From the NCBI GenBank assembly GCA_963847665.1, contig CAWKAO010000001.1, positions 12,614 to 76,613 on the forward strand: DNA of 64,000 nucleotides. Direction: 5' to 3'. This stretch comes from an uncultured Actinomycetes bacterium. Its GTDB lineage: Bacteria; Actinomycetota; Humimicrobiia; Humimicrobiales; Humimicrobiaceae. The translations under genes were made by a program, and so were the position numbers. Numbering within the stretch: the first letter of the stretch is position 1; the number at the start of each line of letters is the position of its first letter. Below, in pieces: positions 19,740 to 30,086 of this stretch. The notes beneath the pieces are model-generated. The model saw only the letters and a list, made by a program, of their open reading frames with translations, was not told the origin of the DNA and made no database searches.

Positions 19740-21206
19740 ATGGGCTTTAATATACTATCACTTATAACTTTTATTCCTATAGTAGGCGTACTGGTCATTG
19801 CACTTGTCCCAAACAGGGGAGAAAGAAGTGCCAAATGGATAGCGCTTATAACATCGATTATCATCCTGGGACTGGCGATATTTTTATGGATCAGCTTTAA
19901 TCCGGCGCAGGGGACAATGCAGTTTGAAGAGAAATACCAGTGGATCCCCGGGGTAAATATATATTACCACCTTGGAATCGATGGCATATCTCTGCCGATG
20001 GTATTTCTGACATGCCTGCTTACTGCTCTTGGTATCCTGGTCTCATGGAATATCACCAATAAACCCAAAGTATTCTTTGCCCTGATACTTCTGCTTGCGA
20101 CAGGTATGCTAGGTGTTTTTGTCTCGCTTGATTTTATTCTTTTCTATATTTTCTGGGAGCTGGTGCTGCTGCCTATGTACTTCCTGATAGCTATCTGGGG
20201 AAGTTCAAACAGGATGTATGCTTCCATGAAGTTTTTTATTTACACTCTTCTGGGCAGTGTCCTGATGCTTGTCGGTATTCTTGTAATATACTTCAATTCC
20301 GGTCTTAATACATTTGATATACTTGAGCTGACAAAAGCTAATCTTGCTCCAAATCTGCAGAACTGGGTATTTTTCCTCCTGTTTATGGGGTTTGCCATAA
20401 AGGTGCCGATGTTTCCGTTCCATACATGGTTGCCCGATGCCCACACCGAAGCGCCTACTGCAGGAAGCGTACTGCTTGCCGGTGTACTTCTAAAGATGGG
20501 TGCATACGGATTTATAAGGATAAGTATACCCGTACTGCCGGAAGCTGCAAAAGCATGGGCGCCGGCTATTGCAATACTTTCGGTCATCGGAATCATATAT
20601 GGTGCGCTTGCAAGCCTTATCCAGAAGGACTTAAAAAGACTTGTGGCATTTTCATCAGTTTCTCACATGGGGTTTGTGATGTTAGGCATATCATCACTAA
20701 CCCCGACTGCTATAAATGGGGCAGTCATCCAGATGTTTAATCACGGTTGCATCACAGGTATGCTGTTCCTTCTGGTAGGTATGATATATGAAAGGACCCA
20801 TACAAGGATGATCCAGGATATGGGCGGGCTTGCAAACAAAACGCCACTCTGGTCAGGAATACTTGCATTTACTGCATTTGCGTCTCTGGGACTTCCAGGG
20901 CTCTCAGGTTTCTGGGGAGAATTTCTGGTGCTCTTCGGTACATTTACCAAGGGCAACCAGTTCTCAAAAGTAATGGTATATCTTGCAGTTATCGGCATTG
21001 TACTTGGGGCAGCATATCTTTTGTGGATGCTGCAGAGAGTGATATTTGGAAAATATAATGAGAAGCTTGGAGAGTTGAAAAGATTACATGGCTCGAGTTC
21101 ATAACTCTTGCGCCACTGATCGTGCTTATTATTTTAATAGGTGTTTATCCGGCACCTCTGTTAAATATCATCAATGCATCAGTGGTCAACTTACTTGGGA
21201 TGTAAT
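19740..21206 (+). CDS. nuoM: NADH-quinone oxidoreductase subunit M, with a frameshift near 21075-21085 in an AAAAG run
   Basis: ND4 core WLPDAHTEAPTAGSVLLAG. After the frameshift the conserved C-terminus ITWLEFITLAPLIVLIILIGVYPAPLLNIINASVVNLLGM continues to the TAA at 21204-21206. Confidence 0.85.
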
Positions 21207-21306
21207 GTTGTTCATGCAGGTTAATATGTTTCAAGGCGATTTAGGGAAGGCAGTTAGTAAAAAAAGCAATTATAAGAAATTTACTGTAAAGTTAGGGTCA
21301 TAAAAA

Positions 21307-22769
21307 ATGAGTATAGATATTGTTTCAATAGTGCCGGAGATAATTGTCGTAGTAACCGGTTTAATGGTGCTGCTGTTGTCTGTCTTTATTGGTAAAAAGT
21401 TTGACAGGGCCATAGCTCCTGTGACCGCTGCAGGACTTATAATAGCACTTGCAGCGATATTTATTTTTAATTTTTACAACCGATCCTCAGTTTTTAATAA
21501 TTCTTTCGTTGCAGATAATTTCTCAAACTTTTTCAGGATCTTTACAATAATCACCACGCTAATAATAGTCGCGCTTTCCTATAATTATGTAAAAGAAAGC
21601 GTTATCATAAAGCGGAACATGGGAGAGTTTTATTTCCTTATCCTGATGGTCACCACAGGGACAATGCTCATGAGTGCCTCCGGGGACCTTATCATGCTTT
21701 TTATTTCCCTTGAGCTTGTCAGTATACCCACATATATACTTGCCGGGTATGAAAAGACCAATGAAAGGTCAAATGAAGCGGCCCTTAAATATTTTATACT
21801 GGGGTGCTTGCTTCCACTATCATGGCCTATGGTTTTTCACTGGTCTATGGTGCGACCGGCGTTATTAACCTGAGGGAGATCTCAAGGGTTATAATCAACC
21901 AGGATCTTCTTGGAAGCAGTTACATGCTGATAGTAGGAGTCATAATGGCGCTTATAGGATTTGGGTTTAAAATCGGGGCTGCACCATTTCACTGGTGGGC
22001 TCCGGATACATATGAAGGCTCACCGACCATAGTCACGACAATAATAACTACGATTGCAAAACTTGCAGGATTTGCCGGACTTATAAGGTTTTTATATGTC
22101 GGCATATCAGGTTTTGGTTCTTCTGTATGGATAATACTTTTTATTATAGTACTGTCCCTTCTCAGCATGATACTGGGCAATTTTATGGCCCTGCCTCAGA
22201 AGAATTTCAAGAGGCTTATGGCTTATTCCAGCATTTCTCATGGTGGCTATATGCTTGTAGGTTTTGCAGCTGCTACAATCGATGCACAGTGGGCAGTTTT
22301 TATTTATCTCATGGCATATATAACTATGAACCTTGGTGCTTTTGCTGTAGCGATGCTTGTCGAGAGGACCAGAAAGTCAGAAGCCCTGAGTGGTTTTGCA
22401 GGCATAGGATATACCAATCCGTTTATTTCCATCTGTATGATCATCTTTATGATATCAATGGTAGGCCTTCCACCTTTTGCCGGTTTTCTGGGAAAATTAT
22501 TTGTGTTTAAATCAGGTGTTGAATCAAATCTTACATGGCTGGTCATAATAGCAGTACTGACAAGTGTCATTTCGCTCTGGTATTATGTAAATGTCATAAG
22601 ACAGATGTATTTTACAAAATATGAAGGTGATGCGAGCTTTGCAAAGATAAGGACCCCAAAACTTCATATATTCATAATCGCTGTTCTTGCCCTCTTTACG
22701 ATCTTTATGGTCGTTCTTCCATCTCTGTTTATAATGATAGGAAAAGATGCAGTTACACTATTTCTATAA
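21307..22769 (+). CDS. nuoN: NADH-quinone oxidoreductase subunit N, with a frameshift near 21800 in a G4 run where G5 is expected
   Basis: ORFs 21307-21873 and 21804-22769 are contiguous parts of ND2: ...AALKYFILG / VLASTIMAYGFSLVYG...WWAPDTYEGSPT. Confidence 0.85.
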
Positions 22770-23027
22770 GAAATTTTTCAGCGGTTGATTAGGATCCTCA
22801 ACTTTCTAAGTTCTTCTACGGTATCTATGTTTTTAAATACGCCTTCTTTACAAAATTTTTTACTTAAAGACATCAATTTCTCGAGAAATTATAAAATCCC
22901 TGGGAACCTGATATACAATTTCATTTTTAATTTTAGATATGATAGATTTATTTTAATCGAGTACTCAGAAGGAAGATATTTTAGAGTCTTGTAATTTTAT
23001 AAAAAATTAAAATAATGGATTTTAATT

Positions 23028-25658
23028 ATGACAGCTTTTGATAAGATCAATTCCGGGATAGAAGGGCTAGATAAAACCTTCGATTTTATACGCCTTGGTG
23101 ATAATGTAGTCTGGCAGGTCGCTGATATAGAAGAGTATATTTTTTTTGTCGGGCCATTTGCAAAGCAGGCTATTGGTGAAAAGCGTAATCTCGTGTATAT
23201 CAGGTTTGCCCAGCACAAACCACTTCTCAAACCTCAGAAGGGATTAAAGATAATCGAGTTAGATGCAGATGCAGGTTTTGAAAGTTTTACTGTAGCTGTC
23301 CATGACGTGATCGAGAATGAGGGCCCGGAAACATTTTATGTATTTGATAGCATCTCTGAGCTGCAGGTCGCATGGTCAGCAGATCTTATGATGGGGAATT
23401 TTTTTGTTGTCACCTGCCCTTATCTATTTGAGCTTGATACTGTTGCATATTTTGGGATCATAAGGGGCCGGCATTCTTTTGACACAATAGCAAGGATCAG
23501 GGAGACCACACAGATCCTGGTCGATGTTTATTCAGAAGGGGATGATATGTATGTCCATCCTCTAAAAGTCTGGAAAAGATATTCTAACAGTATGTTTTTG
23601 CCCCATCAATTCCAGAAAAATTCCTTAAATGATTTTACTACACTTACAGGTGGTCTGAGTGTAAGCAAGTTTTATGCTCTCCTTGAAAAAAGGGCTGTTG
23701 ATTTAGATGACCAGGATCTGGATAACTGGGACAGGTTTTTTCTTTATGCCAGGATGAATCTAAATAATGCTGGCCAGGATGTCACAAATGGTGTATGTGA
23801 AAGACTCATCGGTAAGGAAAAAAATCTTGCCGATCTTATCTGTACAAACTTTACCATAAAAGATCTTATAGCTATCAAAGACAGGATGATAGGTTCCGGT
23901 AAGATCGGGGGGAAAGCTACAGGTATGTTGCTTTCCAGAAAGATCATTGAAAATAATGCCCCAGAGATTTTTTTGCGGCTTGAACCACATGATTCATTTT
24001 ATATTGGTTCTGATGTCTACTATACATACATCGTACAGAATGGCTGCTGGAATCTGAGGCTTTCCCAGAAAAGGGATGAGGAATACTTTTCAACAGCTAA
24101 AAAGCTTAAACAAAAAATACTGGCAGGGATCTTTCCTGATTCCACAAAAGAGCAATTCAGGCGTATGTTACAGTATTACGGACAGAACCCTATTATTGTA
24201 CGGTCAAGCAGCCTGCTGGAGGATAGTTTTGAAAACGCATTTGCCGGAAAATATGAATCGGTATTTTGTGTGAACAATGGCAATCTTGAAAAAAGGTTAA
24301 ATGATTTTGAAAAAGCCATAAAACAAGTCTATGCCAGTACCATGGATGAGTCTGCTCTTGAATACCGCCTACAGCGAGGATTAAATAAGAGTGATGAACA
24401 GATGGCCGTACTTGTCCAAAGAGTCTCAGGCTTGAAATTCGACACTGTTTTTATGCCATGCGCTGCAGGAGTCGGCTATTCCTATAATTCTTATCGCTGG
24501 CATAAAGATATCGATCCTGATGATGGTATGATAAGGCTTGTAATAGGACTTGGGACAAGGGCAGTAGACAGGACCGAAGAAGACTATCCAAGAATAGCGA
24601 GCCTCAGTAAGCCGGGACTGACACCGCTGACTAGTATAATAGAAAAAAACCAGTACTCACAGCATAAAGTCGACATTCTTGATCTAAAAGAAAATAATTT
24701 TTCAACGGTCAATTTATCTGACCTATTTCCAAAACTGCCAGACTGGTATAAAAAAATAATGCTTGAACATGATTATGAAGCTGAAAGACTTTTAGAAGAA
24801 AAAGGGATGCCAAAGGAAGTCCTGTTTTCCACCTGTGAGGGCCTCATCAGGATGGAAAATTTTATTTATACAATAAAGCAACTATTGGCAGTGATCCAAA
24901 ACTGGTATAAATTTCCAGTTGACATCGAGTTTACGTGTAATTTTACAGAACAGGGAGATTTTTTGATCAATCTGCTCCAATGCAGGCCCCTGCAGGTAGG
25001 TGGAATAGGGGCGAAGGTAAAAATCCCGGACATCAGTCAGAAAAATATTTTTTTTGAGCTTGCTGGCAGTACAATGGGGGGTGCAGTTTCACGCAAGATA
25101 GATATAATCATTCAGGTGGACCCTGCTGGTTATTACAAGCTTCCCTACAAACAAAAATATAATATTGCCAGAGCTATCGGAAAGTTGAACCGGCATTTTA
25201 AGGGTAAGGAAAAAACTATTATGTTAATGGTACCTGGCAGGATAGGGACTACTTCTCCGGAATTAGGAGTGACCGTGACATTTGCTGAGATAAGTAATAT
25301 AAGGGTCATTTGTGAGGTCTCATATAAGGAAGCAGGTTATATGCCTGAATTATCCTTTGGAAGTCATTTTTTTCACGATATGGTTGAAACAGGTATTTTC
25401 TATGCTGCTATTTTTGGTGATGATAATACAAAAATATTTAATGCAGGCTTTTTCAAAGATACAAAAAACATATTATCAGATATCTGCCCTGATTGTACTG
25501 AAGTCTCAGATATTATCAAGGTATATGATTACTCGGCTAAAGATCTGTTTATTTTTTCAGATATAATCAGCGGTAAGACTATCTGTGGAGTAACAGGAAA
25601 TACTGATAAATTTAAAAAAGTGCCAAAAGATTTAAAGGTTGAGGAGAAGAATGAATGA
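23028..25658 (+). CDS. PEP/pyruvate-binding (PPDK N-terminal ATP-grasp-like) domain protein with a degenerate KaiC/RecA-like N-terminal domain
   Basis: The mid-region RSSSLLEDSFENAFAGKYESV resembles the PEP-utilising enzyme nucleotide-binding motif. The N-terminal SGIEGLDKTF...GDNVVWQV resembles the KaiC start but has no Walker A GxxGxGKT motif. Confidence 0.55.
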   Translation: MTAFDKINSGIEGLDKTFDFIRLGDNVVWQVADIEEYIFFVGPFAKQAIGEKRNLVYIRFAQHKPLLKPQKGLKIIELDADAGFESFTVAVHDVIENEGPETFYVFDSISELQVAWSADLMMGNFFVVTCPYLFELDTVAYFGIIRGRHSFDTIARIRETTQILVDVYSEGDDMYVHPLKVWKRYSNSMFLPHQFQKNSLNDFTTLTGGLSVSKFYALLEKRAVDLDDQDLDNWDRFFLYARMNLNNAGQDVTNGVCERLIGKEKNLADLICTNFTIKDLIAIKDRMIGSGKIGGKATGMLLSRKIIENNAPEIFLRLEPHDSFYIGSDVYYTYIVQNGCWNLRLSQKRDEEYFSTAKKLKQKILAGIFPDSTKEQFRRMLQYYGQNPIIVRSSSLLEDSFENAFAGKYESVFCVNNGNLEKRLNDFEKAIKQVYASTMDESALEYRLQRGLNKSDEQMAVLVQRVSGLKFDTVFMPCAAGVGYSYNSYRWHKDIDPDDGMIRLVIGLGTRAVDRTEEDYPRIASLSKPGLTPLTSIIEKNQYSQHKVDILDLKENNFSTVNLSDLFPKLPDWYKKIMLEHDYEAERLLEEKGMPKEVLFSTCEGLIRMENFIYTIKQLLAVIQNWYKFPVDIEFTCNFTEQGDFLINLLQCRPLQVGGIGAKVKIPDISQKNIFFELAGSTMGGAVSRKIDIIIQVDPAGYYKLPYKQKYNIARAIGKLNRHFKGKEKTIMLMVPGRIGTTSPELGVTVTFAEISNIRVICEVSYKEAGYMPELSFGSHFFHDMVETGIFYAAIFGDDNTKIFNAGFFKDTKNILSDICPDCTEVSDIIKVYDYSAKDLFIFSDIISGKTICGVTGNTDKFKKVPKDLKVEEKNE

Positions 25659-26818
25659 TGAATGGTAAACACAGAGTGGCTGAAGCAATAGCGCACAGGA
25701 AAACCGGCAGGTTTCCCTGCTCTTACGAGGCTACCTATGAAGTATCTGAAGCTCTTATAGAAAGACTGGGTTTGGATGTTATTGGCTCCGGGAAAGCTGC
25801 AAAATCAGGTTCCAACCAGCCTGCAGCATCTAAGGAACGAAAATATGGGATGGAACATGAGATCGCACTTCAGAAAAGGCTTGGAATAGATCAATCTATT
25901 GTGATCTGTCCGACTTCATCAAAGACTGTCGGAAACTGGTGGGGACTTCCTCTCCTTTCACACCAGGAGGACAATAAAATGCTTGGGGCCTGGGGTATTA
26001 TGTTTAGAGAATTTGAATATCCTTTTGGCACTTACATAGAGATAGACAGCTCTCCACTGTCAGTAGTAGACGACATTGCTGTCTTGAAAAATCATCCGAC
26101 ACCCTCTCTTGATCTCTGGGATTTTGATGCCTATCGGGAAGTCTTGAAAAAGTATCAGGATTTCTTTGTATGGATGAATATGAACGGTTGCTTTGATTTT
26201 GCCAGGTTTATCAGGGGTCCAGAACAGTTTTTTATTGATATGGCCTACGAACCTATAAAAGCAGAAATACTCCTTGATAAGGTAAATGACCTTGCCATGA
26301 GCTTTTTCGGTAAATGCATGGAAACAATCGGGGACCTGGTTGACGGTGTTTTCCTTGGGGATGACTGGGGCACACAGCAGGGCCTTGCTATAAGCCCGGA
26401 TATGTGGAGAAAATATATCAAGCCGAGATATAAGAAACTTGTGACTATGATAAAAAGCAAGGGCCTGAAGTACTGCCATCATTCCTGTGGAGGAGTATAT
26501 CCGATAATCGGGGATATGATAGAACTGGGTTTTGATGTGCTGAATCCTATCCAGCCTCTTGCCAGGGACATGGAGCCTGAAAAGCTCAGTAGGGAATTTG
26601 GGACAGACATTACCTTTTATGGAGGGATCGATGAACAGAAGACATTACCTTGCGGGACAGTAAAAGATGTTAAGAATGAAGTGTTTCACAGGATGAAGAC
26701 TCTTGGCAGGTATGGAGGTTATATAGTCGCACCTTCGCATGCTTTCCAACCGGATACTCCTATTGAAAATGTGCTTGCTGTATATGAAGCAGTTCACGGC
26801 GATGGTAGGTTTGACTGA
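25655..26818 (+). CDS. Uroporphyrinogen decarboxylase (URO-D) family protein of the MtaA/CmuA-like methyltransferase type
   Basis: C-terminal GGYIVAPSHAFQPDTPIENVLAVYEAV and ITFYGGID resemble URO-D family motifs. Start codon is coupled to the upstream stop. Confidence 0.55.
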   Translation: MMNGKHRVAEAIAHRKTGRFPCSYEATYEVSEALIERLGLDVIGSGKAAKSGSNQPAASKERKYGMEHEIALQKRLGIDQSIVICPTSSKTVGNWWGLPLLSHQEDNKMLGAWGIMFREFEYPFGTYIEIDSSPLSVVDDIAVLKNHPTPSLDLWDFDAYREVLKKYQDFFVWMNMNGCFDFARFIRGPEQFFIDMAYEPIKAEILLDKVNDLAMSFFGKCMETIGDLVDGVFLGDDWGTQQGLAISPDMWRKYIKPRYKKLVTMIKSKGLKYCHHSCGGVYPIIGDMIELGFDVLNPIQPLARDMEPEKLSREFGTDITFYGGIDEQKTLPCGTVKDVKNEVFHRMKTLGRYGGYIVAPSHAFQPDTPIENVLAVYEAVHGDGRFD

Positions 26819-26929
26819 ATAATATAAACAGTGAAGCTATAATATATATTGACATATTGTCAGGAATCTTTATCATAGATTTTTAATGTAGCTTCTTTAA
26901 AACCAACAAACAAGAAGGCTAAATTATCG

Positions 26930-27799
26930 ATGTGTGACCTCTGCATGAAACATGGTGCCGGCGGAAAGTGGTATCTGAATTCAGAGCACTATTCTGATGA
27001 AGTTGTAAAGAAGCACGGCCTTCGAGATTATCTCCTTGAGCAATACAAGAACTTTGAGCAGGTCTCCGTCAGGAAGGTATATGGTTTTTCGGGCGTTGGC
27101 CTGGGCTACAAGCTCCGTATCCCGATAATCGGCAGGATAATAAAGAACACTGCTGAGAAGATGCTTCATAGCGAAAAACCCCCGACAAATCCCCTAAGGG
27201 CAGAAAGCCATATCGGACAGGTCGTGCCTCTTGAGGATGCCATAGCCATAATAGAAAATTGTGCTGCTGAGCCCCTTATTGAAAAGAATTGCATGTGCCG
27301 GTATATGAGCCGGGGCATAAAGGAAGCCTGCTGTATTAACTTCGGTGTTATGTCTGAGATAATCGAAAAACTCCCGAGGTTCATACCTGATAAAGATAAG
27401 TTTCATATAACCAGAAGTGAAGCTGTAAAACGGTTTACGGAGCATAATATGAAAGGCTATATAGGCACCATCTGGTTCGGGCCGTTTCCATATATAAATA
27501 ATCTATGTTCCTGTGAAAATCCTGAGTGCGCGGGTATCAGGCCACGTGTAGATTTTGGCATCAATTCGATCTATAAGGCTGAATACGTAATACAGCTTGA
27601 AGAAGATAAATGCAGTTACTGCGGACACTGTGTAAAGCAATGCCCTTTTGATGCCATTTATGTTGATAAGGTCAATAAAACCGTGAGGATAAACCTGGAA
27701 AAATGTTTTGGCTGCGGCGTATGCAGGCATGTCTGTCACAGTGATGCACTTTACCTGTCTCCAAGAGATCTGATCCCTGAAGTCTGCGGCAAATATTAG
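26930..27799 (+). CDS. Cys-rich Fe-S protein with a C-terminal 2x[4Fe-4S] ferredoxin domain
   Basis: CSYCGHCVKQCP and CFGCGVCRHVC. Extra N-terminal Cys pairs (CDLC, CMC, CC, CSCENPEC). Confidence 0.55.
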   Translation: MCDLCMKHGAGGKWYLNSEHYSDEVVKKHGLRDYLLEQYKNFEQVSVRKVYGFSGVGLGYKLRIPIIGRIIKNTAEKMLHSEKPPTNPLRAESHIGQVVPLEDAIAIIENCAAEPLIEKNCMCRYMSRGIKEACCINFGVMSEIIEKLPRFIPDKDKFHITRSEAVKRFTEHNMKGYIGTIWFGPFPYINNLCSCENPECAGIRPRVDFGINSIYKAEYVIQLEEDKCSYCGHCVKQCPFDAIYVDKVNKTVRINLEKCFGCGVCRHVCHSDALYLSPRDLIPEVCGKY

Positions 27800-27821
27800 T
27801 ATATCTGGCATTCTTTTTACT

Positions 27822-28076
27822 ATGGTCAAAAAGAATAAAATCAAGATCGATTATTCTATCTGCGGGGATGGCAATAAGGTCGATCCCAGGGAATGTGTCA
27901 AGTGTATGCAGGTATGTAAACCGGCAGTTTTTTTACTCCACCAGCCTATCGGTGCAACAGAAGAGGATCCACTGGATCCAAAAAAATGGAGGATAACACC
28001 TCTCTGGCCTTCTTTATGCAAGAGATGTATGGAATGTGTAAAAATATGTCCTGAAAATGCCATTACGATCAAATAA
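27822..28076 (+). CDS. Small 4Fe-4S ferredoxin-like protein
   Basis: CVKCMQVCKP and CKRCMECVKICP. Confidence 0.5.
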   Translation: MVKKNKIKIDYSICGDGNKVDPRECVKCMQVCKPAVFLLHQPIGATEEDPLDPKKWRITPLWPSLCKRCMECVKICPENAITIK

Positions 28077-28085
28077 GCAGGAAAA

Positions 28086-29087
28086 ATGGAATCTGATTTT
28101 AATAACTGTCTGGTAATAGGTGGCTCAGGTCTTCTCGGGTATGAAATCGCTGACCAGCTTTACAGGCAGGGTAAAAATGTAAGGATACTCGATCTTGTCC
28201 CGGTTAGCGATACCCGCTTTGAAGTACAGGTCGGAGATATAAGAACCATCAAAGATGTCAGCAGGGCATGCATGGATATTGATGTTATTTTTCAAACTGC
28301 AGCTGCTGTCTGGGATCCAAAAACTCCGCAAAGGTTTTATGACGAGGTCAATGTCGGCGGCAATGCCAATGTCATTGAAGCCAGTATCAAAACGGGAGTA
28401 AAAAAGCTGGTGTATACCAGCACAATGGATGTGGTTGTAGATGGTAAAAAGCCAATAACAGATGGTGACGAGTCCCTGCCATATCCAAAAAAATTGCCCG
28501 ATGATCCTTATTGCAGGACCAAGATAATCGCAGAGCAAATGGTCCTGGAAGCTAATAGTACAGATCTTCTTACCTGTGCATTAAGGCCGGTAGGTATGTA
28601 TGGCCCCAGAGATAAATATCATCTCGCAAATATCATCAAAGCGGTCCGGAGTGGTTCAAATTTCAGGATAGGAGATGGAAGTGCAAAATTCAGCCATGTA
28701 TATTCCGAAAATGCCGCACATGCGCACATACTTGCCGCCAGGCACCTTTCGGCAGGAAGCCCTGTAGCGGGGAATTTTTATTTTATTACCGATGATTATC
28801 CCGCTGAAAACTTATTTGACTTTATGGCGCCCTTCCTTATCGGGCTGGGGTTAAAACCGCCTGAAAGGTCCATTCCCTATCTACTGGCATATTTATTTGC
28901 TCTTATTAATGAAAAGTTCAATCCTTCTTCAAACTTCAACAGGTTTGCAGTCATCCAGACATGCATAGACCATACATTTATTAGTATCAGGGCAGAAAAA
29001 GACCTGGAATACAAACCGATAATATCCAGAGAAGAAGCTTTTAAAAAAACGCTTGACTGGTTTTCAGAAAATATTGATAGGATTTAA
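28086..29087 (+). CDS. NAD(P)-dependent epimerase/dehydratase, 3-beta-hydroxysteroid dehydrogenase/isomerase-like SDR
   Basis: Rossmann GGSGLLG, YxxxK in YCRTKIIAEQ, extended-SDR architecture. Confidence 0.7.
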   Translation: MESDFNNCLVIGGSGLLGYEIADQLYRQGKNVRILDLVPVSDTRFEVQVGDIRTIKDVSRACMDIDVIFQTAAAVWDPKTPQRFYDEVNVGGNANVIEASIKTGVKKLVYTSTMDVVVDGKKPITDGDESLPYPKKLPDDPYCRTKIIAEQMVLEANSTDLLTCALRPVGMYGPRDKYHLANIIKAVRSGSNFRIGDGSAKFSHVYSENAAHAHILAARHLSAGSPVAGNFYFITDDYPAENLFDFMAPFLIGLGLKPPERSIPYLLAYLFALINEKFNPSSNFNRFAVIQTCIDHTFISIRAEKDLEYKPIISREEAFKKTLDWFSENIDRI

Positions 29088-29101
29088 AATCCATGAAAAG
29101 T

Positions 29102-29854
29102 TCACTCAATTGCTAATCTGTCAATTGCTTCAAGCACTATCTCGATCGGTGTATATTCGCCATCTTTTTTTATCATTATACCCACAACATGGCACTTTGA
29201 ATTTATCACAGGACTGCCGCTTTCTCCCTGACGGGCATCCTTATATCTTTTTACCAGATTGATATTTTTTTTAAGATTGCCAAGTACATATTGTGGGGTG
29301 TTATCCTCATCTTCTCCTGCAGGGTAAAGTCCAGTCCTTATAATATGTGGATCATAAAATATTGCATAGTCTACATTATTTGAGTAGTCACTACAGTATT
29401 CTATAAGCGGAGGTGTAATAAAGTTGTTTTTATTGTTTGCTTTAAACTTAAAGTTCTTATATTTCAGCCCGTCCATCTCAACAGAATGGCCTGCTGTAAT
29501 AATATAATATTTATCCTTATACATTATAGAGAATGCAGTAAAATCCCTTGTTTCTTCACTAGTATCAGAATCAGCGGTCCCAAAGTAAACAGTAGAAAGA
29601 ATAAGATTTGTATTATTCATAAGCAGTTCTGCTGTGGATCTCTGTGCCAATCTTGATACTATGTCTGCGTTTATTATATTTACGGTATCTGAAATATTTC
29701 TGGTGTCACTGATCAGTATATCAATTTTTCTGTTTATATCCCGTATCTGGAAAACTGTTAAAATTATTGCAGAGATGATCAAAATTGCGATGATATATAT
29801 AGTTATAAAGCCCGGTCTTAAGAGATATTTTTTATTAAAAGGCATAATGGTCAC
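29102..29854 (-). CDS. Membrane-anchored trypsin-like (S1) serine protease
   Basis: N-terminal TM helix; His in ITAGHSV and Ser in GESGSPV. Confidence 0.6.
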   Translation of the reverse strand: MTIMPFNKKYLLRPGFITIYIIAILIISAIILTVFQIRDINRKIDILISDTRNISDTVNIINADIVSRLAQRSTAELLMNNTNLILSTVYFGTADSDTSEETRDFTAFSIMYKDKYYIITAGHSVEMDGLKYKNFKFKANNKNNFITPPLIEYCSDYSNNVDYAIFYDPHIIRTGLYPAGEDEDNTPQYVLGNLKKNINLVKRYKDARQGESGSPVINSKCHVVGIMIKKDGEYTPIEIVLEAIDRLAIE

Positions 29855-30086
29855 AAAATAATATTTTTTCTAAGTCTTGATCCAGATGATTATACCATAG
29901 ATAAGTTTCCAGGTTTTAAAAATCAGTAAGATAAAAGCAGCATATCATTTGCAAAAAATGATAAAATATTGTGATCTATATAATAATATAATGATATAGA
30001 TATATTGATTTAAGTAAAAATTTGTTTATAATTATTTAAGTCAAAAAAAAGCTGAAAACATATATTTGTAAAGGTGGTAGGAAAGA

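Noticed and set aside
21088-21303. 71-aa plus-strand ORF after nuoM
   Set aside because: The real coding content here is the NuoM C-terminus in another frame (…ITWLEFITLAPL…NLLGM). The listed ORF is a frame artefact.
22770-23027. 31-codon minus-strand mini-ORF (MSLSKKFCKEGVFKNIDTVEELRKLRILINR) downstream of nuoN
   Set aside because: It has no RBS and no recognisable motif, and it lies in a likely terminator/promoter spacer. It is treated as noise.
29862-30086. AT-rich divergent spacer upstream of the FmdB and recF genes, considered as a possible oriC
   Set aside because: I could not identify DnaA boxes (TTATCCACA or close variants), and dnaA and dnaN are not adjacent.
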